DNA of 63,838 bases, filler included, from Octopus bimaculoides (taxonomy: Eukaryota): NCBI RefSeq assembly GCF_001194135.2. It is 6 parts of 5 records of this genome, joined end to end, with 100 filler letters (N's around TTAATTAATTAA, not from the genome) between each part and the next. Parts side by side here need not be neighbours in the genome. Positions count along the whole stretch, not along the records: positions 1 to 18,608 come from NC_068981.1; 5 more parts are not named here. One strand, given 5' to 3'. Both the position numbers and the translations under genes were made by a program. Below, piece after piece: positions 1 through 13,769 of the stretch (position 1 is the stretch's first letter; every line of letters starts with the position of its first letter). Below the pieces are notes generated by a model. The model had not been told where the DNA came from. It saw nothing but the letters and a program-made list of their open reading frames with translations, and did not search any database.

Positions 1-879
1 CTAAAAAAATATAATTGCCAACCATGTGTGGCCTCCTATAAAGGACAGTGCTACTCACGTTTATAGTCCCAGGAAGATATCTCTTCCAGCTGGCTAGCGA
101 TACACATTCTGTGTTCAATTAGCATTGCTTCCATCTCAGTATATAGGATACGGTAATTAATCATATTGTAAGAAAGGTAAAACTAAAGGGAAAAAATAGA
201 ATTAATTAATTTTTTTTATTTTGTTTGGCTCTATGAATTGAATTGTTTTTAATATTTTCGTTAATTGCTTGATAGTGAAAAAAAGAAATTGGCAAACATC
301 TTGATCAAAGTACAAATTCTAACTTTAAAAATATAGAAAAAGTTGCGTGTATTTCCCCCACGTGACACTTATTATCACACACACACACACACACACATCT
401 CACTCATATATATATGTATGTGTGTGTGTGTGTGTGTGTGTGGTCTTTATGGGTGTTGAAAATTAATGAATTCAATAGAGGTGGTGGTTTCGAATCTCTT
501 CCAGAAATTACGGGAGTCTTAGTTATTTTTTTATTTAAGCACCTTAATTTCTTATGCGCGACACAAACGTCAGCTACGTATAAAAAACAAATTGGCGTAT
601 TTATATATATATATATAGTGATAATCAGTAATTCTCAGCACAAACACCGGGTTACAGATACTTTAAGAATATTTAGAAACTGAAAATGTTCCCACCATTT
701 AACTATATCTTATTTTCTCAACACAAGAAAGATGACATCGGCAGCATTTGAAATTGGAACGCACAGATCCGGAAGCATTGCAGCAAATAATTTTATCCGA
801 GGCTCCAGCAATTTTGCCATATGAGTGCAATAATAAAGGTTTCGCATTTAGGCCCGAGGTCAGCAATTTCAAGCGAGAG

Positions 880-985
880 ATTAAGTCGATTTCATTGATC
901 CCAGTGATCAACTGGTACTTGTTTAATTGGCCCCGAAATGATGAAACTCGACCGCATCGGAATTTAAACGTATCATGTAAAGACG
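880..985 (+). mobile_element. Degenerate SINE fragment (second copy of its 3' part at 1290-1390)
   Basis: taagtcgatttcattgatcccagtgatcaactggtacttgtttaattggccccgaaatgatgaaa resembles the reverse complement of the interspersed repeat at 42970-43095. Confidence 0.6.
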
Positions 986-3900
986 TGCACCTCTGCATAC
1001 ATATGTATTCCTCCGTAGAACAACTTAACATGACGTCTTGGCACCGAAACCAATCCAGATCAGTCCATTTTTGACATTGAGGGGTGAAATGTGTTGACAA
1101 ACAACCCTCACCTTCTTTCTTCATATAATGACTGTTTTATTGTTACCCTCACAAGCGCTTCCACTCCATTCACTCTCACCCTCTCTCTCTCTCTCTCTCT
1201 TTAGTTCTACTCCACCCATTCCATAACCTACACTGCTCTAGATTTTTTTTCTCGCTCTCTCACTCTCCCCCTCTCTCTTNNNNNNNNNNCGAAATGATGA
1301 AACTCGACCGCATCGGAATTTAAACGTATCATGTAAAGACGGGCGGAACGCAACTAAGCACTATTTCCGGCATGCCAGCTCGCCGCCTATTGCTCTATTA
1401 AGGATAATCATAATAAGTCTGTACAATAGATCTAACGAATAAATGAAAATTAAAATGTTCTTCAGGTAGCATTTTAATTGTTTTGATAATTGATTTGAGT
1501 GAGGGACGGCTTCATTTCAAAATGTAGGTTCTGGATGGATTCTGAAGGAGAGTGTTAACCATGTATTCATCTTCGTTGGGGAGCGAATTTCACGAATTTG
1601 TTCAGCTTGTATTTTATGTTTTGTAAAATAATAGAATATCATTACGAACATTAGATTTATAAAGCAATGGAAATCATTTCTCATTTAGTTATAACCTTTG
1701 AAATTTTAATGTGAAACCTCTGGCCTCAAACTATGTTTTATTTTCGTTGAAATCGACGAAATATATTCTGTCATAAATCATTAAATCAGTAAATTCTGAT
1801 TAGATTGACTATAATATTACGTAATAAATAGCATAGAATATAATTACATGGATTAAAGTAATTTGATGACTCATTTTACACTTTTTATTATGCTTCAAAA
1901 TTTACCAATTTTCCCTTGCTAGAATCACTACATTTTCAAGGAAAATATATTGACCATTGTAAATAGTGAATATGACATAATACGACCCACATATGTACTA
2001 TTTCTAAGAAAATTGTGACTTGTTGTTCATTAGCTTGCATTAAATACAATATATGCTGGTAGGGCCGTCAACGGCTAATCTTCAGCTGATCGGGTTACTG
2101 GAATTCTCAATGTATAAATACAGTTTAGGAGGAAACACATACCTATTAAAGCATTCACTTGCTTCCATGTTAATGTCAATATCTCTTACTTTGCGTAGCT
2201 TACGAGAATATACAATTCATGTCCTTCGAAAATGTTTAAATACTCGTCTCAGTGTATATATACTTGTATATATGCACGAAATTAGAACTGCTTCCCATTC
2301 GGTGTTTTTTATTGACTATCTAAAATATATTTCTTCCACTAAATATTTTAGTATTCTCAAGTCAGTTCAAAGGTATTTGCATGAACATTTTAGAAGGCCT
2401 GTTTACAACTGCTGTTCTATATTTATTTCAGTATTATAGCCTGCATGATGAAGGTGATGACATGTGATTTGCAGCAAAATCCTATCCTCGTCGGGATTCA
2501 AATAATGCACTTGAATTTAAAAGTTATATTGATTGGAATATAGTGTTAGAAACAGAGAAGATAAGATTAATTTCATGATAAATTCTTGTAAACAGTTTTT
2601 AATGCTAACTTGCGGATCTAAAAGAATTCTCATTAACTATAAAGTATTCTTAGAAAACAGACAATAAATTACCATTTAACCAATTAGCAAGTCAGTTACA
2701 AATTATGTTTGACTTTGATATTCACGGTATAATTTAAATACCATGCTCATTATCCTACTCTAGCTTCTAGTATTTACACTAAAGTTTTATAACTATCAAT
2801 AAAATTTATATTATCTGCCCAGGGATATTTTAGGCTATAACAAAAATTAGTATTTTAATGAAAATTGCATCAAACAATGGCAACTACACTAACTCTCTTA
2901 CTAAAATCAATTTGTCATTAATGGGTTTAATTAAAATATGACAGTTATTCTTTATATCAAAGCAAAATATATAACTATATATTTAAAACAAAATTTGAAT
3001 AAAGCTAGAATATCCATCATATTAATGACGTCAATATTTGTAAATTAGTAAATTAAGCCATAGATGTATATCATTGATAATCAAAGAAATTATTTTTATT
3101 ATCGTCTTCAAGATATTAATATCACAACTTTTCGTAGCGATTGGTATACATATTGCTTGATTAGATACTTGTTTCTTTCTTTAAAATATATTTACGTCAA
3201 GCCTGTGGGCGCTAATAAGTTTCACGCATCTAACATACATCATTTCCAAGTATATTTTCAGACAAATGGATCCTTTAACAAGAAAACCGTTCTCTGGTAT
3301 AATATATAATATAATAGGAACATATCTTATTTAAAGAATGTTATATAAAAGTAATAGTAATTACTTCGTTATTTCGATCGTTAGAATGCTCCTAATCAGA
3401 GTACATAGAGAGGATCGCTAAATTGGCAGTCTACTAAAACACGACATAATTTATTCTTGGTCGTACAATTTGTAATACACTACATAATATATGGAGCCAC
3501 ATACAATTTTATATCACGTTCATAATTGCCCTTGTAATAGTGATTAACAATACTGAGTGTCTCTCTTAACAAAGCAATCTCACATCAAAGGCTAATATTA
3601 AAATCAATTTAAAAATTGCTTTGCAACAAATTTTCTAACAATCGGTTCCAGTTTCTACATTATATTCTCTACCGTATCTCATGTTATATTTCACATCAGT
3701 TTTGAAAGTGGATCTGCAGCTCCATATTCAGTCGAATATTATAGTATATTTATATGGTGCCTATATGCTTATAAGTATATTGCTATTAAATTCAGCTCAA
3801 TATATTTTATGCTCTCAATTAAAATAATACAAAAAAAACTTCTGACTCAGATGTTGAAAACCAGAAGTCTACATAAAAGTCATAACTTTCTAGAGACAAT

Positions 3901-4066
3901 AAAAGTATATAATGTTGATTTTAATATATATACATATAGCTCTAAACGTTGCAATAAAATATATATTTAGTTAAGCATTCCTGAAATATATCTAAATCAT
4001 CCAATGAAGTTAATCCCACTTTGCCACCCGGAATTAACGGACAATATCTTCTCCTATATGTATGTG

Positions 4067-4110
<44 letters not shown>

Positions 4111-4361
4111 TGTGTTTGTGTGTGTGTGTGTGTGCGTATGTGCGTGTGTGTGTGTGTGCATATATAGGGAGAGAGAGAAAGGGAGAGAGAGACGGAGAGA
4201 AAGAGAGATGTGTGACTAATGTATGTATGCACACGCGCGTGCGCATATACATACATCATGCACATGCACGAACAGAGATAGATTGATAGATACTGATGTA
4301 AGTCGATAAACAATCATATCTGTATGCGTATATATACATATATATCTATTTGTCTATCTAT

Positions 4362-4422
<61 letters not shown>

Positions 4423-5513
4423 TATAAGCAAAGGTATATATGCATGTATACACTTACGTATGTGTGTGTAAACCTCAACAGACTTATGTTAGATGACATT
4501 GAGTTTATATCACTTAATCTATCTTCTTCAATATTATGCACTTTGCCCAAAATAAATATTTGCAGTTCTATCGAATCAGTTTACATAATAATTGCATTGT
4601 ACAGAGTTGCAATATCTAAAATCGATAGTTGTCATTCTGTAGTGAGAAAGCTGGATTTATACGAAATATTTTAAAGCTGATTAAATTAATGTAATATTCT
4701 ATTGTCAATGCGTTTTATTTTATAGTGAAATACCAACAATAGATTAGTAACTTATGTTCTATTTTATACCTTAACTATAATTGTAATATATGGTTTGACA
4801 AATAGAAATGTGTGCGTTGGTGAGAAAAGCCTAATTGACTACTAAATGTCATTTATATAGTCATGTTAACTTAGAAATTCATATTTGCAATACGTTCTCG
4901 AAGACAGACGAAACTGTGCATTTCAAGATGAATATTTTTTCTGAAAACACACATATACATCAGGAAATATATAACAATGTTGCTCATTATAAAGCAATAT
5001 ATAGCTACAAGGATGAGTAGATGAGATAACATAAATATGAAATCACTTATTCAGGTATTTCAGTCTATTGAAACATGTGCAACGTTGGGGGACATATCCT
5101 GTATAATGTGCTGATTACAAATTTTAAATAATAAAATGAATGTTATTAGAAATGAAGATGAAGGACTATGTAAATATAATTATAATTGTAGAGTTTATTG
5201 ATATTGGCGTTGTATTCTAACAATAATCAGTGAATGAAATTTGTACTCTGTATATTGAAGGTATTGTGTAAAGCAGTAAATTTAGCAAATCTGCATTGAT
5301 AACAAATCATGATATTCAGCCAAATAACGTTACGTTCTAATGTCATGACATCAAAAAGTGACAAGCTATTTAAATCTTTTCAGATTATCCTCAGTTAATT
5401 CTGTTATTTTCCCACATCAGCTAAGAAATAAGCCTCTTGCGCAGAGCACAATGATGCAGGAGACAAGTAGAAAAAGATGTGTTGTACAGGGAACAACAAA
5501 ATTAAGTTATAAA

Positions 5514-5672
<159 letters not shown>

Positions 5673-5880
5673 ACCACACTCATACAGAGCCTTAAAATTG
5701 AGTCTGGTGCCTATTGTAATCGGTGCATTTGTAACTGACTCAAAGAAAGCAACATTCGGGCCTCAAAATTTGCGCATACCAAACTTCATACCACGTAATC
5801 ATTTGGCAGCAATATTTGGAACGGCACATGTATTGCGGAAAGTATTGCATTTCTAAGCTACGGGATGGAGTTGAGGCGTG
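5673..5880 (+). mobile_element. R4/Dong-type non-LTR retrotransposon, 3' end (restriction-like endonuclease C-terminus)
   Basis: Translation LVPIVIGAF...GTAHVLRKVL* resembles the R4-clade C-terminal motif (PxxxGALG...GTAHILRK); abuts (TAA)n. Confidence 0.7.
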
Positions 5881-5899
5881 ACAAAGATAAGTTTAAAAA

Positions 5900-6620
5900 C
5901 TAATAATAACCTCTGGTGCATGGATGTTTCACCACTTGAAACATGGGATTTTGGATAAAAAAAAGTTCACCATACATTGAGCAATTTAATGCATTGATCG
6001 ATGGAGAAGAAGAAATCTCGGGTTGGTTGGCAGAAGTATCAAGAGTGTTGTATCTGAAGAATGCATCAAAAGGACATGCTGCTGACAACCACAGTCCAGT
6101 TCTTGCCTCCCATTAACGTGGAAGTTATTGTCAGGAGGAATTGTAGAAAGAAGTTGTAGGGGAAGGTGCAGAGTTACGAAAGACCAATTATCGATGGGCA
6201 AACTGGCAATACAATGTTGTAAACGAAGGGCGACAAATTTGGGAATGACCTGGATTGATTATCGCAAAGCTTCTGATAGATTTAACACTTCGTGGATCGC
6301 AAATGATGTATCATGTTTTCTGAAGAGAAGTATTGTAGGGTGCAAAGCTGAGCTGACATCCTAAGAACAAAACTCGGGCACCCTGGGAATCAGAAAAGCT
6401 TATTTCCGTTGATTTCGTTCTCTGCATGATGCCCCTGACCCTGGTTCTTAGAGAAATTAACCTGGGACGTCAGCTAAAGGAAAAATCTTAATCAATACCC
6501 CACCTACTCTTCGCGGATGATTGGCAGCTGTATTGCAAGAATGAAGCACAATTGAGTTTTCTAGGGAACATGGTCCACTGTTTTAATACTGATTTTAGAA
6601 TGAAATTCGGACACATAAGG
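5900..6620 (+). mobile_element. Degenerate R4/Dong-type reverse transcriptase fragment
   Basis: Frame-shifted RT motifs: TWKLLSG, GCRGRCRVTKDQL, MTWIDYRKASD, VLCMMPLTLVLR, HLLFADDWQLY, FRMKFG. Confidence 0.75.
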
Positions 6621-6750
6621 CATGGTGTATGATCCAGTTGAGATACTTCTGACATTGATATATCTTATTCAGTGAACACATTTTCTATCAGCAGAGACAC
6701 TAGAAGGTGATACATTTCTGAAATGTACACAAATACAGACCTAAACAGGT

Positions 6751-7009
6751 ATACTCATTTACTTCTTTCAGTCATTTGACTGCGGCCATGCTGGAGCACC
6801 GCCTTTAGTCGAGCAAATCGACCCCGAGAATTATTCTGTGTAAGCCTAATACTTATTCTATTGGTCTCTTTTGCCGAACCTTTCAGTGACGGGGACATAA
6901 ACACGCTAGCATCGGTTGTCAATCAATGCTAGGGGACAAACACAGACACACAAACAAGCACGCGCACAGACACACACACACACACACACGCACACACACA
7001 CACGCACAT

Positions 7010-7065
<56 letters not shown>

Positions 7066-7212
7066 GACGGGCTTCTTCAGTTTCCGTCTACCAAATCCAC
7101 TCACAAGGCCTTGGTCGGCCCGAGGCTATAGCTGTCCAAGGTGTCACGCAGTGGGACTGAACCCGGAACCATGTGGTTGGTAGGCAAGCTACTGACCAAC
7201 AGTCACTCCTGC
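6751..7212 (-). mobile_element. tRNA-derived SINE with internal (TA)n(TG)n tract
   Basis: Minus-strand head with A/B-box-like sequence (ggttccgggttcagtcccac) and tail gctccagcatggccgcagtcaaatgactgaa; homologous copies at 12232 and 32270. Confidence 0.9.
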
Positions 7213-7423
7213 GGACATGTTTAATTGCCTTAAGTGTAGCGTAACTGATTACTTGAATTTATCTAATGAATAAGTTAAAAATCTTCTGAGAAGAGATGAT
7301 TGGTAATTGTACTTTACCAATATCAAGTACTTATATGAAGGATTTCTTTTCTTCTCCAACAACAAAATGCTCGTATCGTAACCACTACATTTATATATTG
7401 CAACTAGGTAAAAACTAAAAAGT

Positions 7424-7442
7424 AGTAGTAGTAGTAGTAGTC

Positions 7443-7503
<61 letters not shown>

Positions 7504-7504
7504 C
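7424..7504 (+). repeat. (TAG)n microsatellite
   Basis: Direct reading. Confidence 0.95.
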
Positions 7505-8306
7505 AGCTGTAATAATTAAAATAATTTGGGGCATGGAAATGATGATAACCTGAAGTTATTCTGGTATGGGCTTTGCAGTTAAAATCATTATTTCCATATT
7601 TCACTAAACTACCATCAGTTCATTTTGCTTTGTTAGTCATTCAGTGACGTCTAATTTTCTCTGTCAACTAACAATGAACGATTCTAACTTAAGACATAAC
7701 TTCCTTTTTTTTTAAGTAACTTACTTGAGTATCTGGTTTAGATACGTCTTGCTTAGCCGAAAATGATCACGCAATTAGGTTTAGAAATTTTTGTAAGTTC
7801 TCCGCTACGTCTGTTCTTTATTGACATGCGACAATATGTTTGTTGCCATACGTTAAAGCTGTCATGGATGAATAAACATGTTTAGTGACAAACTCAAGGA
7901 ATCAAGTCTGTCTGAACTGTATTTGTCAAATATGGATAAGGAAGATCACGTCATTAGACTTAGAAATTTTTGTAGATTCCTTGATACGTCCGTGCGTTAA
8001 TAAAATGTGACTATATTATTTGCGCTGAACATTGAGTCTGATACGGTTGAATCACGGTCCTAAAACAAGGATCTGTAAGTTTAATCTGTAAAGTGGTTGA
8101 GTGGACAAGAGCTGTTTCTTTGTAGTCATGTGATTGAATAGTAATGGTTTGTATCTATCTATGTAGGTATCAAATTTTGTTCACTATTAAATTTGAGCGT
8201 TAATGTCATACGAGGAAAAGTCATGATTGTGTCCAAAGTTTAGGTTGTTAGCTTTCAAGCTGCAGAATGAGTTTCAGTGTGAATAGTTGTTGGTGAATGT
8301 AGTTTG

Positions 8307-8396
8307 TTAAAGTTTATTCAGTCTTGGTTTGTATTTTTGTATGAATATATCTTCTTTGTTTATCCGTGCTTGTTCTACTGCACGTTCAGACAAAAC
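8307..8396 (-). mobile_element. Penelope-like element remnant, GIY-YIG C-terminus
   Basis: Minus-strand translation VLSERAVEQARINKEDIFIQKYKPRLNKL* fits the RxxKExxFIxKYKPxLN ending of Penelope ORFs. Confidence 0.6.
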
Positions 8397-8835
8397 TTAC
8401 CCAAAACAAATACTAATTTGAGCCATGTTCTCTCTTGAAAGACAAAAGAATTTTTGAACTCTAATCAGGAGTAAGACAGTTGCAGTATAGCTCCACGTCT
8501 TAATTTTTTTAAATCAGCCAAATCTGTGAAAACAGTTAAATCTTAATTTCTTTTTTAAATCTAAAGAATTCCAGTGCATTTTCAACTTCCTTTTTCTATA
8601 CTCACACACCCACACACACACACGCACACACACACACACACACACATACACACAAATACATGTGCACGCGTACATATAATACATATATATACATATATAT
8701 GCATATATATATATATTTATATACTGTACATATTTACATATATATATATATCATATATCATATATCATATATATATATATTTACGTATGTTTATGTATAT
8801 GTATATACGTCTATATACATATGTATCTATTTGTT

Positions 8836-8876
<41 letters not shown>

Positions 8877-8964
8877 ATATCTGTATGTCTATACAAATAT
8901 CTATGAGTTGATGTGTGTGTGCGTGTGTGTGACTATGCGCATGAGCACAGAGATAGATAGATAA

Positions 8965-9028
<64 letters not shown>

Positions 9029-10419
9029 CGATAAATAGATATTTTTCTAAATTTGTGTTTTTAGTACTAATTTTTAAGGAACATTGCTAAAAGACTAATA
9101 AATGAAAACATTTCTGAATTCAGTAAACACAGTTTTATAATGTTCAGAATATGATCGCTTTTTTTTTTATTATCTATTTTAATTTATTGTTGTCGCAATA
9201 TTAAGTGCAAATATATATCTGTAGTAAAGGAATATGTTTGTACTTAATATTGAAGTTGAAATGAATAACAATTGCTGATCTGTTTATAATTTACACACTA
9301 TTTACATGTGAGTATGTAACTGAAATTATTTTTGTAGGCTGTTATGAATAATATATTCGTTACAACAATATTTTAATTTATGTTTTGTCTCTAGAGTTGG
9401 AGTGTAATAATATTGGATTTTATTGTCATCGGTTGTACTTGAATTGCTAAAGTAATATTGAATCATTAACCAGCATTCATGAATTACAAACACTTTAATA
9501 AGCTACATTCTCTTGAAGCTAATCATTATACAAATTTACTTTAAAATAAAATTTAAAAAATATAGAATCCAATAAGTGCAGTAGAACATTCGTGGAAATA
9601 TCAAAGAATCGTAAATAATATATGGGAAACGCAGCTTACTTCCTGTGACAACTGCTCATATCTTTGTATTGGATGGTTACACTGTACTATGATGGAGCTT
9701 CTTGATTATAATATATCGCACATTGAAGTATTAGTGTAGACCATATATATCGAAAATCTAAATCGTTGGAGTAATTGGGGTGGTGAAACAATGCTTTATG
9801 TTGATGTAATACGTATAAATATTGAAAATTTAACGTTCGTTTATTAGCATTGCGATAAAGTATACGACTAATAATTTTGTGTTGGAGACAGGTATGTATC
9901 ACATACTATGATAAATTTATTTTGGGGTTTATTTATCCAAAATTCATCACTTTTCGTTACAAACCAATATATACTTTTATAAATGTTAGATGTTGTTTCA
10001 CAAAGTATGCAGATAAAATTGTCGACGATGAAAATACACCCGACATTTTATTCGTTTTTAATACATGAAAAACTAAAGTAAGAAGTAACTGATTTATATG
10101 ACTGAAAATATAACGTGCTGATAACACGTGCTGATAATCTTCCGAGCTCAGCACTCTAGCCATGGCTGAAACTATAGGCACTTAAAACTATTTCTAAAAA
10201 AAAAAAGGTTTAAGTTTTGAATAAAAGTAATATATACACCACGCATTAATAATGCTGTCACATGTAGTCAATATGATGCTTACAATTTCTTTTTATTCAT
10301 AGAATCCTTTTCATCTAAATATTTATGATATATGACTTGGGAAGGACTGACATGTCCTCGAAGATTTATCCATCGAAAGATGAAATGAGTAATAGTTTGT
10401 ACCGTGCTGCAATCTGGCT

Positions 10420-10720
10420 AAAATGGCTAAAGTGCTCGCTTCACAAACACTTGATTCTGGGTTCAGAGCCACTGTGTGGCACGTGGGGCAAACGAAACGT
10501 TTAGTATTATAAAACCAAGCTGCCTAGTACTTTTTGAGTGGATTTGCGCGGAAGCCCATACTGCCTCTCGCACTTTAAGTGTGTGTGTGTGGGACGTGTG
10601 TGTGTGTGTCTGTATTCGTTTGTCTGGCATTCACTATATGTGAAACCTTATCAGTTATTTTACGTTAACGAAATTTAATGGTTCAGCAAAAAGAGACGTA
10701 TAAAAGAAATATCATATTTT
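10420..10720 (+). mobile_element. Degenerate tRNA-derived SINE
   Basis: tggctaaagtgctcgct...ctgggttcagagccactgtgtggcac head, TG tract, decayed tail. Confidence 0.65.
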
Positions 10721-10859
10721 AGGGATGCTTCAACAAGGCCTAAGATCAATGCAAGAAAGAAGTAAATGAATAAAGGAACATATTCAAGGGGTAATACTTT
10801 AGGAAGCGTCACTCTCTTCACTGGGATGGAATTTCAATACTATTACTGTTGTTGCTGCT

Positions 10860-11440
10860 TCTGCGTCTTCCTATCAGCCACTTGTCGCCAGAATTCTTCT
10901 CCGGCATTGCTCTTAGCAGGTCACGCGCTGGTAGAGTCTTCAACCAGTTGGCCAATAAATCCCTTCGCACGACAACCATCAGGTAGATTTTCTTGTCTTG
11001 GTTCCATACATTCATTTGACTAAATACTCCATCCTTGTTACCAAAGAAGTTTCCAAAGAATCTCAGTTTTCTTTCTATTAAGGGTGAAATAATTCTTAAG
11101 ATTTTACAATAAAAAAAAAACTTCTTTGTTGTATCGCCTGCTATTTGACGTTGATTGATGCAAACAAAACTCTTCTTACGTTCAATCTAATTTTCTTTCC
11201 AGTACTACAATCGTAGGTCCATGTAGTTCGGCCGTATATGAGCATGGTTTCTACTATTAATCTTAAGCTCTAACTTTAGAATTACTTTCCAAATCTTGTC
11301 CGTCACTAATAGATCTGACCATGCATTATCAATGCCCTTTTTAATGTCCTTCTATTTTATATCAACTCACGAGTCCAGATATAACAAATCACATACATTT
11401 TTTCCAACTTCGTTATCCTCGTTTAAGTACAGTTCACTAC
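10860..11440 (-). mobile_element. Degenerate RTE/RTE-X LINE 3' portion
   Basis: Pieces translate as DKIWK, ETMLIYGRTTWT (cf. LLYGSETWT), MEPRQ...GCRAKGFIGQLVED (cf. LWEP...GRP..TYIDQL.ED) and EFWRQV. Confidence 0.55.
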
Positions 11441-12231
11441 ATCGCAAAGCAAGACAATCGTTTTATAACACAAGAAGAGGGCCATAGTTCATGTAATAAT
11501 AAATTTTAGATTATTATAGAAGGGAACTGGACTATAGTTATATGTAATGACAATGTATGCGTTTCTTTATGGTCATTTATGTACTCGATTTATCTATCAT
11601 GAAGCGGACTTAGCATTCATTATGAATGGGTCCATATTTTATGTAACCATCCAATAACCAGGTATTTGACTATAATATACATACCTCAGTTATTTGTAAA
11701 TGATATACGAACCAGAGAGATATGAAAATTTGACAAAAGTCAGTGAAGGACTCTCTACAAAGAAGTCAGTGAATTATTAGTACTAATAACAGATCAAAGT
11801 GATATAACCTCAAGTTATATTGCTCTGCAAATTACTTTTCACCAGAAAACATGAAAAGCAGTCAAAAATCACATATAGATACACAATCAAGTATATCAAT
11901 GGGACAAATCAAAAACATCAGCAAAACAAACAATATTAAATGAAATTAGCAAAGTTTCCCATAAATTCATTAATCCCAGCAAACACAACAATACACATAC
12001 AACTAAGCAGGCTCCTCACCGGGTAATACTTCGGAACTAATGATTACAAAACTGTGACAACAATCAACCAATAAAAATATATAATGATAATGATAACAAA
12101 ATTATAGACACACGTATAAATCATCGGACAAAAAGAGGGGATCGAATCAAACCTAAACACCGTACATAAACAGCTGCGTAAAATGCACATGCTGCGCATG
12201 AATAATTCAGTAATGTACAATAAAATGTAGG

Positions 12232-12384
12232 AATGGCTGTGTGGTAAGAAACTTATTTCCCAACTACATGGTTCCCGGTTCAGTCTCACTGCTGGCACCT
12301 TTGTCAAGTGTCTTCCACTATATCCTCGGACTGAGCAAAACCTTGTGAGTGAATTTGGTAAACGGAAACTGACAGAAGCCCTTC

Positions 12385-12451
<67 letters not shown>

Positions 12452-12650
12452 TGTGTGTTTGTGCATCTGTGTATATCCCTCAACTATCGCATGAAACCCA
12501 ATGTTAGTGTGTTTACGTCCGTGTAACTTAGCGGTTCGGCAAAAGAGCGCGATAGAATAAGTGAAAGGCTTACAAAGAATAAGTCCTGGGGTCGGTTTAT
12601 TCGACTGAAGGCAGTGCTCCAGCATGGCCGCAGTCAAATGATTGAAACGC
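12232..12650 (+). mobile_element. tRNA-derived SINE, near full length, with internal (TA)n(TG)n
   Basis: ggctgtgtggtaagaaactt...ggttcccggttcagtc head and gctccagcatggccgcagtcaaatga tail; same family as 6751-7212. Confidence 0.9.
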
Positions 12651-13510
12651 GCTTGATTGTCTGGGATGAATGCACCTTGAAGAATGGATTTTCAAATCCG
12701 TCGACACTGTCATTGATGAGGTCCAGGCTGTTATTTTTCCAACTGAGTTCCTGGACTCTCTACAGCCATCTGGGATACCATCTCAAGACTTAACACTTAA
12801 AAAGGGGTCCCTAATCATGATGCACAGGGATCTGGATCGTCCTCGTCTGTGCAATGGACCCAGACTTTTGGAGAAAGCGATACGCCTCCATGTTCTAGAG
12901 GCAACAATTATAACTGTGGACTATAATGTTGAGGATGTCTTCATTCCACGGATCCCTTAATTCCATATGACCTCACTTTTGAATTGAAACGGGCCCAGTT
13001 CCCAGTGACATTAAGTTACGCTATGTCAATAAAGATATCTCAAGGTTGCTGGACTTCACCTTGCTTTCCCCTTGTTTCTTTTATGGGTAATTATATGTAG
13101 GATGTTCGTGAGTTGGAAGTCCCCGAAATCTTTTCATTTATACACCAATTAAGGGACACACTTAGAACATTGTATATTTAGAAGCTGTAGATAATTAAAT
13201 GGTGATTGATTTCCGAATTTGTTTCAATACATTTGTTTCTAGAATTCACGCATTTTGAGGTTCAGCTTATTTCCAATAAGGAGTGACAATTGAAGGTGAT
13301 TGCAAAGACAAAGAACTACCTGCTTTTTTTAAAACAATATTAACAGTGAGAACGTCGGCCAGAACATGTTATTGACATGTATAGTTTGTACGTCAGGTAA
13401 TAACTTTTGAGAAGTGGATAATCCATGTTTCATTTTACTTAGACATTTAAAAGACTTACATAAATTTCAGTATTTCTTTAATCCAGGCAACGCTGGGTAT
13501 TTCTACCAAT
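12651..13510 (+). mobile_element. Helitron 3' fragment (PIF1-like helicase pseudogene plus terminal hairpin)
   Basis: FPTEFLDSLQPSGIP...LCNG...VFIPRIP, QFPVTLSYAMSI and NIVYLEAV, with stops and frameshifts; terminal hairpin ccaggcaacgctggg at ~13483. Confidence 0.85.
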
Positions 13511-13769
13511 ATGTATATGTACATGTATATATATATATATATATATANNNNNNNNNNNNNNNNNNNNNNNNNNNNNNNNNNNNNNNNNNNNNNNNNNNNN
13601 NNNNNNNNNNNNNNNNNNNNNNNNNNNNNNNNNNNNNNNNNNNNNNNNNNNNNNNNNNNNNNNNNNNNNNNNNNNNNNNNNNNNNNNNNNNNNNNNNNNN
13701 NNNNNNNNNNNNNNNNNNNNNNNNNNNNNNNNNNNNTATGTATATATATATATATACACATATATGCAT

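Noticed and set aside
699-1124. 141-aa minus and 108-aa plus ORFs that look complex
   Set aside because: They overlap decayed SINE sequence and show no recognisable protein motif.
934-1340. Duplicated ~50 bp on both sides of a 10-N gap (similar at 27755-28040 and 33545-34380)
   Set aside because: Most simply explained as unmerged contig overlap.
2056-2092. Minus-strand CUGAAGA plus GCCG hairpin, hammerhead-like
   Set aside because: GAAA half of the core is absent; at best a very old relic.
3362-3405. Minus-strand CUGAUUA...GAUC-GAAA, hammerhead-like
   Set aside because: Core G is mutated, stem II mismatched, and no clear cleavage triplet or stem I.
10125-10182. CTGATAA...AGCCATGGCT-GAAAC motif
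   Set aside because: Better explained as a decayed SINE tail (gtttcagcca..tggctg, cf. ~43608).
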